Source: an uncultured bacterium (GTDB taxonomy: Bacteria > Omnitrophota > Omnitrophia > Omnitrophales > Aquincolibacteriaceae). Taken from it: a DNA stretch of 64,000 nucleotides. Positions 9,801 through 17,382 of this stretch are shown here, one piece after another. The stretch spans positions 185,566-249,565 of the forward strand of contig CAYLPP010000001.1 in the NCBI GenBank assembly GCA_964385615.1. The letters run 5' to 3'. The position numbers and the translations under genes are program-made. The notes below the pieces were generated by a model, which was not told the origin of the DNA, searched no databases, and saw only the letters and a program-made list of their open reading frames with translations. How positions within the stretch are numbered: the first letter of the stretch is position 1; every line of letters starts with the position of its first letter.

Positions 9801-12800
9801 TCAGCAAACCCGTTTCCGGTATTCAACTCTACCCACCAGGTATTATTAACCCCGGAAGCGGAATAATTGTCGAGCGTTACACGATCGACTCTTCCGTCAC
9901 CATTCATATCAATCAAGTCTGAAGCAATATTTCTTTTTCCTGATGCCGAGTAATCAAAAGTCCTTAAGGCCGTTCCGGTTTTTCCATCCGGAACTGTGAC
10001 ATTGCGGACTTCAGAATCCCAAAGCACAGCTCCATCAAATCCATCTCCATTGTTGTACTGAACATACCAGTCGTAGCCGGAAGCATCATCCGCGGGATTT
10101 TTAAGTTTCAGCAAGATACGGTCAGGCCGGTTATCTCCGTTGAGGTCAACCAGATCAGAAATATCACCTATCATCCCGTTATTATCGCGATACCAAGATA
10201 AGGCCCCAGCGATTTTAACGTTAGAATCAAAACTTAAATCAAGACCCGTCCAAAGCGCTGCGTCATCAAACCCGTTGCCATTATTGTGCTGGAAAAACCA
10301 ATGATCAAAAGGCGCAACATACGGGCGAATGACCCTGTCGGCACGCCCGTCACCATCCATATCAATCAAGTCAGAAACAATAGGCTGAACCGCCGGGTAC
10401 CCTTCATCATCCCTGACTTCGGAGGCATAGCTGGTATCTGCCTGCCAGTTACTCAACGGATGCACGTTGCCCCAAACCTGAGGGGCGTCAAATCCATGCC
10501 CATTATTTATTTGTACATACCAATCAGAAGATCCGCCTGATTTTTGTAATACACGATCTGGAAGACCATCACCGTTCATATCCGCAAGATCTCCTAAGAC
10601 AACGGGCCGGCGGCCGGTAAAAAAACGGAGCGCTCCCTGAGATTCTCCCGCGATCGTCAATGCGGGGTTAGGATCATAATGCCTTTCAACACCAGTCCAT
10701 TGCACTGGACTTTCAAAACCAATTCCGTTCCCAAGCTGAACCCACCAGTAGTTTTCATTTTGGCTCGAAGGCATCCAGACGCGGTCCGCAATATTGTCGC
10801 CATTAATATCAAAAAGATCGCTCGTAAGCGCCGGCTGATTGTCCCATAAATCCAAAACCGAACTTCGCGAAAGATATCCCTGATTGTAAAAACTTTGACC
10901 GGTATAAAGATTGTTCCAGACCGGGGTGTAATCTCCTGAGAATTTGTAAACACGCCCCCGCTCAGAATCTTCCACAAACTGGGCGAGAAAAATCGACCCG
11001 TCCTGGCCGTCAACCGATACTTCTGATTCAAGCTGGAGATCCGCTAATACATCAAAAGCATTTCGCCCCAAAAGAGCAGACCGTAAGGACGGGTCAGCCG
11101 GTGCATGATCTCTGTCTGTCAGGAAATGGTATAGCCGGGTTGTCCCTGCATCTCGTTTGTATTCCTGGACGGACGGTGTAAAGTTAGAAGTCCAGCGCGC
11201 GGTTCCTTTGGAAATCCGGATTTCATCAAGAGCTCCCTTAAAAAAAGAAACCATACCGTTATAGGCTGCGCCCACGCTAATACTGAAATTTCCAGAGGGC
11301 ATCTCCCCCGAAACTGTTTTTTGACTCTGAGACTGCCCATTCAAGTAAAGCGTCATAATGTCTCCATTGCGCACCAGCGCGGCATGATACCAAAGCCCGG
11401 CTTCCAGCTCCGCTCCGGTTGAGAAAAGGCCTCCTCCAAAGGGCTGCCCCCCCTTCTCAATGTAGGCATTAAGCTTGTGATCAGCTGAAATATAAAAGGA
11501 AATATTATTATTGAGACTTCCACCGGTATATTGAGACCAAAGCATCTGTATTTCAGAACCAAGCGATTCCGCCTCAAACCAAAACTCAATCGTAAAATTC
11601 TCACTCCCATACTGAAAATCCGGACTGGAGCCGTCAGGAATCCTCAAGTAATCTTGACTGCCATCCAGATTTAACGCGCCTTCTCCAAACCTTGAACGGC
11701 CTGTTTCCAAATTCGCGTCTCCAGCTAAAGCAAAGGAATCATCCTTATAAAAAGGGGCCATCAAAAGACCTTTAGGATCCAGCAAGTAAGGGATAAGGGG
11801 GTATTCGGGGGCTCCGGCTTCAGAAGCCAAACGTATCCGGGCGGATTGAAGATCTCCGGCTGCATTTTCGCCGTAGATAAACTCATAATGGCCGTTTTGA
11901 GTTTCAATAGCGCTGATAATGCCGTTTTCATAATAAATTTTCGTGCCGTCAGAACGAATGCTCCGCACTAATTTTCCATTTTCTATAATCTGACGGGTTC
12001 CATCAGCAAAAACTGTTTCTCCAGACATAATGCCCTGGGCATCAAAATCCGGCGTCTCGATTTCTCCAAAACGCGTAAAAATTCGGCTAATCTCTCCATT
12101 CTCGATTTCAGCATTCACGCCATCCATAAGCAAACTCCGCAAATCGCCATCTGGAGTAAAAGTGTGCTGAGTATGCTCCCCTGAGAAATGAATATCGGTG
12201 ATCAGGCCTTCCACGTCACGGCTGTACGAAACCGTTTCCTGACTCTGATCCGGCAAAATAATCCGAAAGGCCAACCCCTCAAAGTCATAATCAATCTCTG
12301 CCCCGGCAGGTGTAATCAATTTTACAAGTCTGCCTTTCTGAAAATATTTCCGAGTACCATCCGGCAGTTCTTCCAAAACCGTCTCAACTTCCTTTTGAGC
12401 ATTGAATCCAATCTGATTCAGTTTCCGGCCGTCAGGAAAAACAATCCCCGAAACTGTCTGCCCGCCGTAAAGCACTCGGGTTCCATCCCGAAGTTTCCAT
12501 TCCGTAAGCACCGCCTGTCTGCCGAGAGCGGTGTTCTGCATTTCATAAAGCTTCCCATCCAGAGTTTCAAAACCAGTAAGGATGCCGTTCTCGATTCTCT
12601 GCTTAATCCCATTACGAGTCTCGATAATGCCGCGCAGAATGTTCCCCTGGCTGTCCAGTTCAAAATCGCTCAACTTGTCTCCGCCATTAGTTTCAAGCAG
12701 CAGTTGGATTTCGTCTTCGTCCGTAACCTCCCCATCGCCATTCGTATCAATACGGCTCCGGCGAATCGTTCCGGCTGAAGTCTGAATTTCAGAAAGAAAT

Positions 12801-15601
12801 CCCTTCGCGTCGTAATTAAATACAGCGCCATTGCGGCTGACCTGTAAAGCATTTAAAAGTTCCTGGTTTTCCACATAAGAAAAATCCATCTGCTCGTTAT
12901 TCTCATTGACGACACTTGTAATTTTCCCGTTCTGTATAAAAATCCGAGTCCCGTTTTTGAGAACCATCTTCGTCAGACTTCCCTGCTGGGTATATTCAGC
13001 CTCAACAAGGCCTTTTTCAGGAACCGCTGTCGAGGACGCCTGATTTAAAACCAATAAATAAGAGTCTCCGCTTTGAGTTCGTTCATAAAGAAAATGGGCT
13101 CCATTTTCGTCACGAACCTCCCGGAGAATGCCATGCTCGTCGTAACGAACCAACATCCCGCCTGCGGTAAATAAGCGAGTTTCCGAGACCTGGATCTGCG
13201 AAACTTTGACAAATGAAGCATACTGAACTTTGCTGGCGAAAATCTCCCGAACCAAAAATGAGGCTGGCGTAAAATCTTCAACCGTTCCATCCGGACCAAC
13301 TCTTCTGAGAAGCGCGCCTTTCCGGATAATTTCCAGTTTCCCATCTGGATAAACAATGAGGGCATTTTGGATTTCTGAATTTTCATTCATGCTAAAATTA
13401 GTGATTCGAATATCTGAAGCGGTACGGAACTCCGCAAGATGCCCATTAACATAAAAAGCATCCACCCCTCCATCGAAAGTCATTTTAAGGGAAACTGCCT
13501 CATCAAGCGGTGCAGGCACAGGCTGATTAATCGTTTCAATCACAGTACCGTCAGCATCAGTAACTTCGATTGTATTTGAAGTATTCCGCAGATAACGAAC
13601 CTCTTCACCGCTAACATATTTATATTTTTGCACGCTGCCGTCCGGACCGTAAAAAACCTGATCTCCGGCAGGCGTGACTTCTCGAGTTAAAACCCCAGAT
13701 TCATAAAAAAGATGGGTGCCATCCTGGAGAGTTACATCACTGTTCGAAGAATGCGACTGATCGTTAATGGTATCGCTAAATAAAGCGATATTCCCGGCGT
13801 TATCTCGAAGCTGATAAAGCACTTCCTTCTGCCCATTCCCTCCGGTCAAACTCAAAGATTTCACAGAGGCGGCAGCTTCCCAAACCGTCCAAGTTTGTCC
13901 CGCATCCATCGAGAAGCGCATTTGATCAAGCCCTGAAGAGTCTGAACCGGTTAAAGTTAAAGTAACTACAGAACTTACTGTGGATTCAGCCCCTCCATTG
14001 ATCAAAATAGACCCTAGTGGAGAAGTCGTGTCCCTTTTAACCGTAAAGGAATTAGATGAGCCGGTTTTGCCGATAGTATTTTTGGCTTTGACACTGACGC
14101 TGTTATTACTCTCTTTGGTTAAATTAATTATCGCAGCCCAGGTTGTCGAATTGTTAAGAGCAACCACTTCCACATTGTTAATTAAAATAGCCGTGTTGGC
14201 TTCTTTAGTTCCGCTAAGCGTTAAAGTGGTCAGATTCGTTAAAGCGGGAATATTTGAGGTCACGCCAGGTTCTGCGGGAGAATCTACATTAATTCCTTTA
14301 ACTCGAACCCCGACCGAACCTGTCTGAGTAGACGTGTTAGACTGGGTCACGATAAAATTTAGTTGTTTTATTTTCGTTTTATCCAACGCATTCGAAATCG
14401 ACGCGACCGGAACCTGCCAATATCTTTCTGTTGAACTTGAAATATCCGTAAGCGTCCAGATATCCTTGATCCCATTAATATCTACAACCTCAAGCTTAAT
14501 CGAAGTGTTTGAACCCTTAAGACCGAAAGTCAGATTTGTTAGGGCGCTTAAATTTTGAGTCTCTACAGTACTCGTGCTGGCGTCATCAAAAGAGAGAGTA
14601 AAACCTGCGAGATCCCCCGCGTTCAAAACACTATAATCCAACGTGATTTTGTCAGAAGCCCCTGAAATGGAAGTTCCGGCTGATGTTCCTGTAACATAAT
14701 ATGGATGAGGATTTCCAGGTAAGGTAACCACACTTGAAGAGCCAAGCCCCGCGGTGTAAGAAAGGGTCCCGCCCCGCCTTAAAGTGACCTTCTCCTGCTC
14801 TTGCGCTCGATTATAAAGATCTTGCTCTGAAATAAATTGATTCAGTTCTTTCCGAGCTTCAACCTGATTCCGTTCTACCTCTGATTGCCTGACGGCTTCC
14901 GTCAGCTTCGCTAAATACTCTTCGAAAGAAAGCGGCTGCCCATGATTGAGTACCCCCTGATTGTTATAAGCGTACACCCCTTGACGAGTCATAACATATT
15001 CAGCATTTTCCACCGCATCATTAATATCCTGTCCACTCGGCCCCTCCGCAGAATATTCCCCGGGGTGAGTGTGAGATACGAACGAAGCTTTATCCGTGAG
15101 GGCTTTTACCGAAGAAAGCACGCCAATCTCATTTATATTACCGGAAGTAAAAATCACAACTTCGCCATCGAGGACAATGACACCTGTCTCAAAAGATAAA
15201 TTCATTAAGGCCTTCAAATCCTCCGATTGAATATCTTTCACAATGACGGCCGAAGCATACTCCGGGCGGAGCAAATCCAAAGCATCTTCAAATTCATAGC
15301 GTTCATATTCATAAGAAGAAGGTTCCGTAGAAACGGCCTCGGATTTAATCGAAGTGCCTTCGGGAGCATCGGTAGTCGTGAGCCTCAAGGTATCTTGAAG
15401 AAAATCCTGGGAAGTCTGTTGCGCGATAGCGGGGTCGACAACATTCTGTTTAATCTCGTTTGAATCAGCCGCACTTTTTTCAGCCTGCACTGGAACAGGC
15501 TGCGTTAGAAACTCCTGGCCGAACAGCAATTGCGTGGTCGAGAAAGTAATAATGACAGCGGAAGAAACAACTTTTTTAAATGGAAACTTTTTAAGGCGCA
15601 T
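3860..15601 (-). CDS. Giant secreted multidomain protein (3913 aa). Order: signal peptide; JAB/MPN-like motif; Ig-like beta-sandwich region; YD/RHS-repeat block 1; LamG (concanavalin-like) domain; six-blade FG-GAP/VCBS-like Ca-binding propeller; beta-sandwich; YD/RHS-repeat block 2; coiled coil; C39-like peptidase fold; Gly-rich hydrophobic region; unassigned C-terminal domain.
   Basis: The ORF is uninterrupted. The N-terminus MRLKKFPFKKVVSSAVIITFSTTQLLFGQE is a signal peptide, and the start carries an AGAGAGG Shine-Dalgarno 7 nt upstream. YD-repeat motifs include YDEHGILREV, FNYDAKGFLSEI, YSYEFDPQGNEI, YEYDTQGVLLTR and YEYNSEGDPINI. The LamG-like region is LNLDGSQDYLRIPDG...FTIEFWFE...LYLNGQ...GALDEIRISKGTARW. 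Six repeats follow of the form D[IML][ND]GD[GN]xxD[RH]V...W[YWF]VQxNNGxGF. Domain coordinates are given in the findings. Confidence 0.9.
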   Translation of the reverse strand: MRLKKFPFKKVVSSAVIITFSTTQLLFGQEFLTQPVPVQAEKSAADSNEIKQNVVDPAIAQQTSQDFLQDTLRLTTTDAPEGTSIKSEAVSTEPSSYEYERYEFEDALDLLRPEYASAVIVKDIQSEDLKALMNLSFETGVIVLDGEVVIFTSGNINEIGVLSSVKALTDKASFVSHTHPGEYSAEGPSGQDINDAVENAEYVMTRQGVYAYNNQGVLNHGQPLSFEEYLAKLTEAVRQSEVERNQVEARKELNQFISEQDLYNRAQEQEKVTLRRGGTLSYTAGLGSSSVVTLPGNPHPYYVTGTSAGTSISGASDKITLDYSVLNAGDLAGFTLSFDDASTSTVETQNLSALTNLTFGLKGSNTSIKLEVVDINGIKDIWTLTDISSSTERYWQVPVASISNALDKTKIKQLNFIVTQSNTSTQTGSVGVRVKGINVDSPAEPGVTSNIPALTNLTTLTLSGTKEANTAILINNVEVVALNNSTTWAAIINLTKESNNSVSVKAKNTIGKTGSSNSFTVKRDTTSPLGSILINGGAESTVSSVVTLTLTGSDSSGLDQMRFSMDAGQTWTVWEAAASVKSLSLTGGNGQKEVLYQLRDNAGNIALFSDTINDQSHSSNSDVTLQDGTHLFYESGVLTREVTPAGDQVFYGPDGSVQKYKYVSGEEVRYLRNTSNTIEVTDADGTVIETINQPVPAPLDEAVSLKMTFDGGVDAFYVNGHLAEFRTASDIRITNFSMNENSEIQNALIVYPDGKLEIIRKGALLRRVGPDGTVEDFTPASFLVREIFASKVQYASFVKVSQIQVSETRLFTAGGMLVRYDEHGILREVRDENGAHFLYERTQSGDSYLLVLNQASSTAVPEKGLVEAEYTQQGSLTKMVLKNGTRIFIQNGKITSVVNENNEQMDFSYVENQELLNALQVSRNGAVFNYDAKGFLSEIQTSAGTIRRSRIDTNGDGEVTDEDEIQLLLETNGGDKLSDFELDSQGNILRGIIETRNGIKQRIENGILTGFETLDGKLYEMQNTALGRQAVLTEWKLRDGTRVLYGGQTVSGIVFPDGRKLNQIGFNAQKEVETVLEELPDGTRKYFQKGRLVKLITPAGAEIDYDFEGLAFRIILPDQSQETVSYSRDVEGLITDIHFSGEHTQHTFTPDGDLRSLLMDGVNAEIENGEISRIFTRFGEIETPDFDAQGIMSGETVFADGTRQIIENGKLVRSIRSDGTKIYYENGIISAIETQNGHYEFIYGENAAGDLQSARIRLASEAGAPEYPLIPYLLDPKGLLMAPFYKDDSFALAGDANLETGRSRFGEGALNLDGSQDYLRIPDGSSPDFQYGSENFTIEFWFEAESLGSEIQMLWSQYTGGSLNNNISFYISADHKLNAYIEKGGQPFGGGLFSTGAELEAGLWYHAALVRNGDIMTLYLNGQSQSQKTVSGEMPSGNFSISVGAAYNGMVSFFKGALDEIRISKGTARWTSNFTPSVQEYKRDAGTTRLYHFLTDRDHAPADPSLRSALLGRNAFDVLADLQLESEVSVDGQDGSIFLAQFVEDSERGRVYKFSGDYTPVWNNLYTGQSFYNQGYLSRSSVLDLWDNQPALTSDLFDINGDNIADRVWMPSSQNENYWWVQLGNGIGFESPVQWTGVERHYDPNPALTIAGESQGALRFFTGRRPVVLGDLADMNGDGLPDRVLQKSGGSSDWYVQINNGHGFDAPQVWGNVHPLSNWQADTSYASEVRDDEGYPAVQPIVSDLIDMDGDGRADRVIRPYVAPFDHWFFQHNNGNGFDDAALWTGLDLSFDSNVKIAGALSWYRDNNGMIGDISDLVDLNGDNRPDRILLKLKNPADDASGYDWYVQYNNGDGFDGAVLWDSEVRNVTVPDGKTGTALRTFDYSASGKRNIASDLIDMNGDGRVDRVTLDNYSASGVNNTWWVELNTGNGFAEAQAWTGIEGSNSSETALGQDDTHYRSFGAPSYSREPDSVRKVSQLSDLNGDHIPDHVFFKESDGKWYIQYGTGNGFLLAQVTQIEALSAPSVPVPTSRYDYLHISLKAEGNLPESEGAVTVMLGDPEDLANYQEWTVSNLTASWQDFYLPLDTEKSNAGQVQIKFIPSPTASQNTPTLFVDNLTFLILRPDASKDWLDRMLTEENVLKEVHSDRTQTLAQYLGLSQASEESIFDWNAILQAETKIDFDSEGIATGFETFYGSVSKIENGRVVETTMPDGSRIEFSEADIDHPQSMTETVTNADGGVNTFQLSYGRVRSVERPNQSQLSYSYEFDPQGNEITAVYDPETQITERYRDQVLISRQLSNGVLNTFSYNLRGELVSTEISYKGRVYHAFQYQDTVSGNRLVTAEDGTVEEYNPQSQIVAHTTPDGYHYSHTFEHAPQIVTGSREETFTLSDGTVLSFTIPTIELVENPDGDMIHRVDLDSYTSADGTQAFYENGVLKSVERAEGTRITFDRLETQTVENEDAATEEQIRVMDASVYHADGTITKFKDGRPWSVISATGREILLAEDGGELINPNESAVFHQAQAFKVWNEILMPDWQAYQVPDTVAVRYEYDTQGVLLTRQFSEGSIELYENGKIKNIFSEDGEDLVDYEYNSEGDPINIHYGAMRRHLEMSVQQLRSDVAVEHEKALARLADRDQVINQTIEGQYVTARDRLLAIRAQIQSQVEVVSAFLSKGKDAKSAVGSVMDQLASAMNQVNGALESLAQQRADALTQLSAQVHDLSIQIETQTQDSYTQISEETGKAHRSILKQEISPVIYHWYRKILGRDPSQSEYDAVINATDFEAGFNLQFLKSQLENSQEKSGRTAQVNEIKARVTSELLSYLDLPDAEKLIFAQGLGIDTEDTISISSSEADAILQWLQNQSLHFGQSAYLALESLLTGAGLHFDRVDLASRLILIDILTGTLTPLETGDLVLSVYALKQTARHYGLETYALKLDYTALKAMYDDACPDPEQTCDFRMAAHINNKHFVIITKVTNDEVTYIDPGLGPESSPEVQTLSKGEFTQTWINSGIAQSGYGVVLSSRAPPASISNLSVQPLTTVEQMQVRGAFFGFLKKVFRYLVGAYFVALNPINALLVKVVESLRIAVLAHVDQWADLFEDLFTFNFKDIFQKDIWKLIRTGIRLGTESVNAPIQATVIALGKIGIPEKITRTIVAGVKIIVGIVLTIYGGSGIGLIISGVSEIFNQYTHLSPTVSAVIGIGVAIIATVFGGGGFDSLKDSLPTLAASFASVGVMAIGDAIGLDPRISQLISIPISAVAGNVTGNSLGLEGYGNTLSNIIHDTAGGLVSVGASIGLDAIGAPSFATGLVSNFLGAFAAGLAGGAAGGGGPGSSENAGLGLLSRIGDGIKKFGRDVVNAVGNVISFGAKVIEGVGHFTAQGFKKAISAVSSLFSRETQEAIYADETGLKNATVVDNGDTWVWQSGDSRIVYDTETQNIRDSFGVGGEANITGVGIDEAGVSYYQELTSETFLSNGMTLKQTYSDGKLSGWSYGIESTPIITVKGPGDQTPWMGEDGRILRGDVEINPSAVVIKIPDDLDPQRPTLFDNLFLKFNILDGKVAEASVEMRPGTSSATAAPGDTSKYIFGNGFNNEIVPENTPDKLMPSFINDLANKDLIINLAKTLMVPMYETTGLVGNILDWAQDFIFKLTSASDLLKTVALGITPSVLPILANAFGGNDLIEEVRRKLLAFEADPKRGILDKAIAFAHSGFFAPLLGALEKTRDDGSYFDVQTVINYEGPNVNWSDHIDNPNLKRIINVWGTAPNEIIERRADQIPGCNTNGSVSCIDPSKKPVVISDFGPPSNPTDLLSEWSKANFTGSAPDGIENINIKILNARHNDFSYDATAWNDPGNQFEPERIAQEINRKTNLFVRRLYEATLKDQTQSGALNSFLENLRDEGAAVYENGIWEIDTDELPY
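9542..10819 (-). repeat. Six tandem FG-GAP/VCBS-like calcium-binding propeller blades inside giant gene 1
   Basis: The blades are DINGDNIADRVWM...WWVQLGNGIGF; DMNGDGLPDRVLQ...WYVQINNGHGF; DMDGDGRADRVIR...WFFQHNNGNGF; DLNGDNRPDRILL...WYVQYNNGDGF; DMNGDGRVDRVTL...WWVELNTGNGF; DLNGDHIPDHVFF...WYIQYGTGNGF. Confidence 0.7.
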
Positions 15602-15729
15602 GGCTGACCTCTCTTTTCGGGCCGTATTTTCAGCCCAGAGAGACGGACACGCAATTTCAATCCTAAAAAAAATCAGGAAATGTTCAAGAAATGAATCAAA
15701 TTAACGGAAAGTGTGCAAAAACCGAAATG

Positions 15730-16119
15730 CTAGCGGGAAACGGAAGCGCGAACGGCCTTTTCAAGCGCTACGATCGAAATGGGTTTTTCGAAGTGGGCGT
15801 AGGCGCCGAGCCCGGCGATTTTACGCTCAAGGATTTCATCTTGATAGGCTGAGATCACAAAGACTTTCGCGTCGGGAACGATTTTCTTTAAATGAGGCAG
15901 GGCTTGATTGCCGTCCATGCGTTTCATTTTAAGATCGAGCAAAATAACCTGGGGTTTCTGGCGGGCGCAAACTTCAATAGCATCTGTGCCGTCTTCGGCG
16001 GTCTCAACCTCATAACCGCGCGGGGTGAAGTGCTGGCGCACCATATCAAGCACGCCGGGTTCATCATCAACAACAAGCAATTTTATTTTTTCGGAGGCTG
16101 GCCCGGCAGAAGAACTCAT
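15730..16119 (-). CDS. Stand-alone response-regulator receiver (REC) domain protein, CheY-like
   Basis: 129 aa. LLVVDDEPGVLDMV...ILLDLKMKRMDGNQAL...KVFVISAY shows conserved D, D and K positions. Its start overlaps the stop of the upstream HATPase gene by 4 nt. Its stop lies 128 bp upstream of the giant-gene-1 start. Confidence 0.8.
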   Translation of the reverse strand: MSSSAGPASEKIKLLVVDDEPGVLDMVRQHFTPRGYEVETAEDGTDAIEVCARQKPQVILLDLKMKRMDGNQALPHLKKIVPDAKVFVISAYQDEILERKIAGLGAYAHFEKPISIVALEKAVRASVSR

Positions 16120-16598
16120 GCGGGTAATTCTATATGAAAAGCCGTGCTTCTGGCAGAAGTTTCAACGCGGATAGTGCCGGCGTGCCGGTCGAGCATTTTT
16201 TTGGCGTCATGCATTTCAGGAAAGGCGGCGAGTGGGTCAAAAATCGAGGCTAATTGGTCTTGAGGGATTTCAGGCCCGCTGTCGGAAACGCGCAGGATAA
16301 ACCGGCGCTGGCTTTTATTCTCCGGGCTTAGGCAGATTTTTTCGGCAGCTTCAATGCTGATCAATCCCGCTTTTTCGGATTTAAAAATTCTTTCCTGGGC
16401 AAAGCGGATCAGCTGAAAGAGAATTTTCTGGAGGAACCCGGGGTCTATCGGCACCGGCAAAAGGTCATGCGGAAGAATTTTAAGAACCGTGATGTTTGTG
16501 AGGGGCGATTCGCACTGAATGTCCCTAAGCACATCCTGCACGCATTGGTGAATTAAAGCGCGTTGGTCATGCTGGATCGGGTTTTCTGGGGATTCCAT
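16116..16598 (-). CDS. Stand-alone GHKL/HATPase_c domain protein with no HisKA/DHp or sensor domain
   Basis: 160 aa. ...FILRVSDSGPEIPQDQLASIFDPL...GTIRVETS... carries the G1/G2-box-like ATP lid. There are no upstream in-frame H-box codons, and a 96 bp gap separates it from the next gene. Confidence 0.6.
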   Translation of the reverse strand: MESPENPIQHDQRALIHQCVQDVLRDIQCESPLTNITVLKILPHDLLPVPIDPGFLQKILFQLIRFAQERIFKSEKAGLISIEAAEKICLSPENKSQRRFILRVSDSGPEIPQDQLASIFDPLAAFPEMHDAKKMLDRHAGTIRVETSARSTAFHIELPA

Positions 16599-16694
16599 AC
16601 TGGCCTCCAGCCCCGCTTGCGCATTGGAAACACGGCTTCACGGGGTGACTAAAAAGTACCCGGTGTTTTGAGCTTTGTCAAATGACTGAAGGAA

Positions 16695-17363
16695 TTAAAT
16701 CTGAACTTCGGTCTGCTTGCGGGCCTGGTCAGAAGCGCGGTAGTACTTCATCTGATTGCGGACTTCAGGAGCGGCGACAATCGCTTTTTGCATCTGATCA
16801 AGGGCGTCGCGCATAGCGTCAATCACGGCGTCCTGGGGGCCCAGGCCGGTGGAAAACTGGTCATCCACATTCACATAGCCGTCTCCCCGGAAAGCCTGCT
16901 GCCAGAAGATATGGCCGTCCGGGCTTTTCATAGCGACAGCCAGCGTCACCTGCCCGCGATAGGTCGGGCCTCCGTCAGAAACGTCGTTGGCCAGATCGAT
17001 AATTTTAACTTCAAAAACGGCAGGAACGTCCGGAGCTTGCATTTCAACCTGGGCTTCCGTCTGAACCAATTCAACCTTGCCGAACATTTCTCTGAAGGCG
17101 TCTTCAACCACTTCAGGCAGAGTCTGCTGGGTGTGAAAAGACTGCAGGTCACCCACGTCGTAACCGGAGCGAGGGGCCTGGTGCATGACATATTCACTTT
17201 CAACATTCAGAATAACTTTTTGATTAAATTCGGGCGGAACATCAAGGTGCTTAAAACCCAGGCCTTCGCTAACAGCCGCGCAGCCTTGAAAAAAGAAACC
17301 GGCGAGAGCTAAAAACAGAAAAAGCCGGGCCTGTTTAAGGGCCCGGCTTTTTTGCTGAATCAT
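16695..17363 (-). CDS. Lipoprotein of unknown function
   Basis: The track ORF runs to 17459, but the likely start is MIQQKSRALKQARLFLFLALAGFFFQGC, which is a lipobox. An upstream extension would overlap the preceding gene. Confidence 0.5.
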   Translation of the reverse strand: MIQQKSRALKQARLFLFLALAGFFFQGCAAVSEGLGFKHLDVPPEFNQKVILNVESEYVMHQAPRSGYDVGDLQSFHTQQTLPEVVEDAFREMFGKVELVQTEAQVEMQAPDVPAVFEVKIIDLANDVSDGGPTYRGQVTLAVAMKSPDGHIFWQQAFRGDGYVNVDDQFSTGLGPQDAVIDAMRDALDQMQKAIVAAPEVRNQMKYYRASDQARKQTEVQI

Positions 17364-17382
17364 CGAATCAGGATTCCTAGAA

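Noticed and set aside
3860-15601. Calling giant protein 1 a classical Rhs/CdiA-type polymorphic toxin or a T6SS PAAR-Rhs effector
   Set aside because: There is no PAAR, VENN, prePAAR or N-terminal T6SS/T5SS targeting region. The RHS-like DPKGL is internal and not followed directly by a short toxin tip. The architecture differs from standard families, so only a Tc/teneurin-like analogy is offered.
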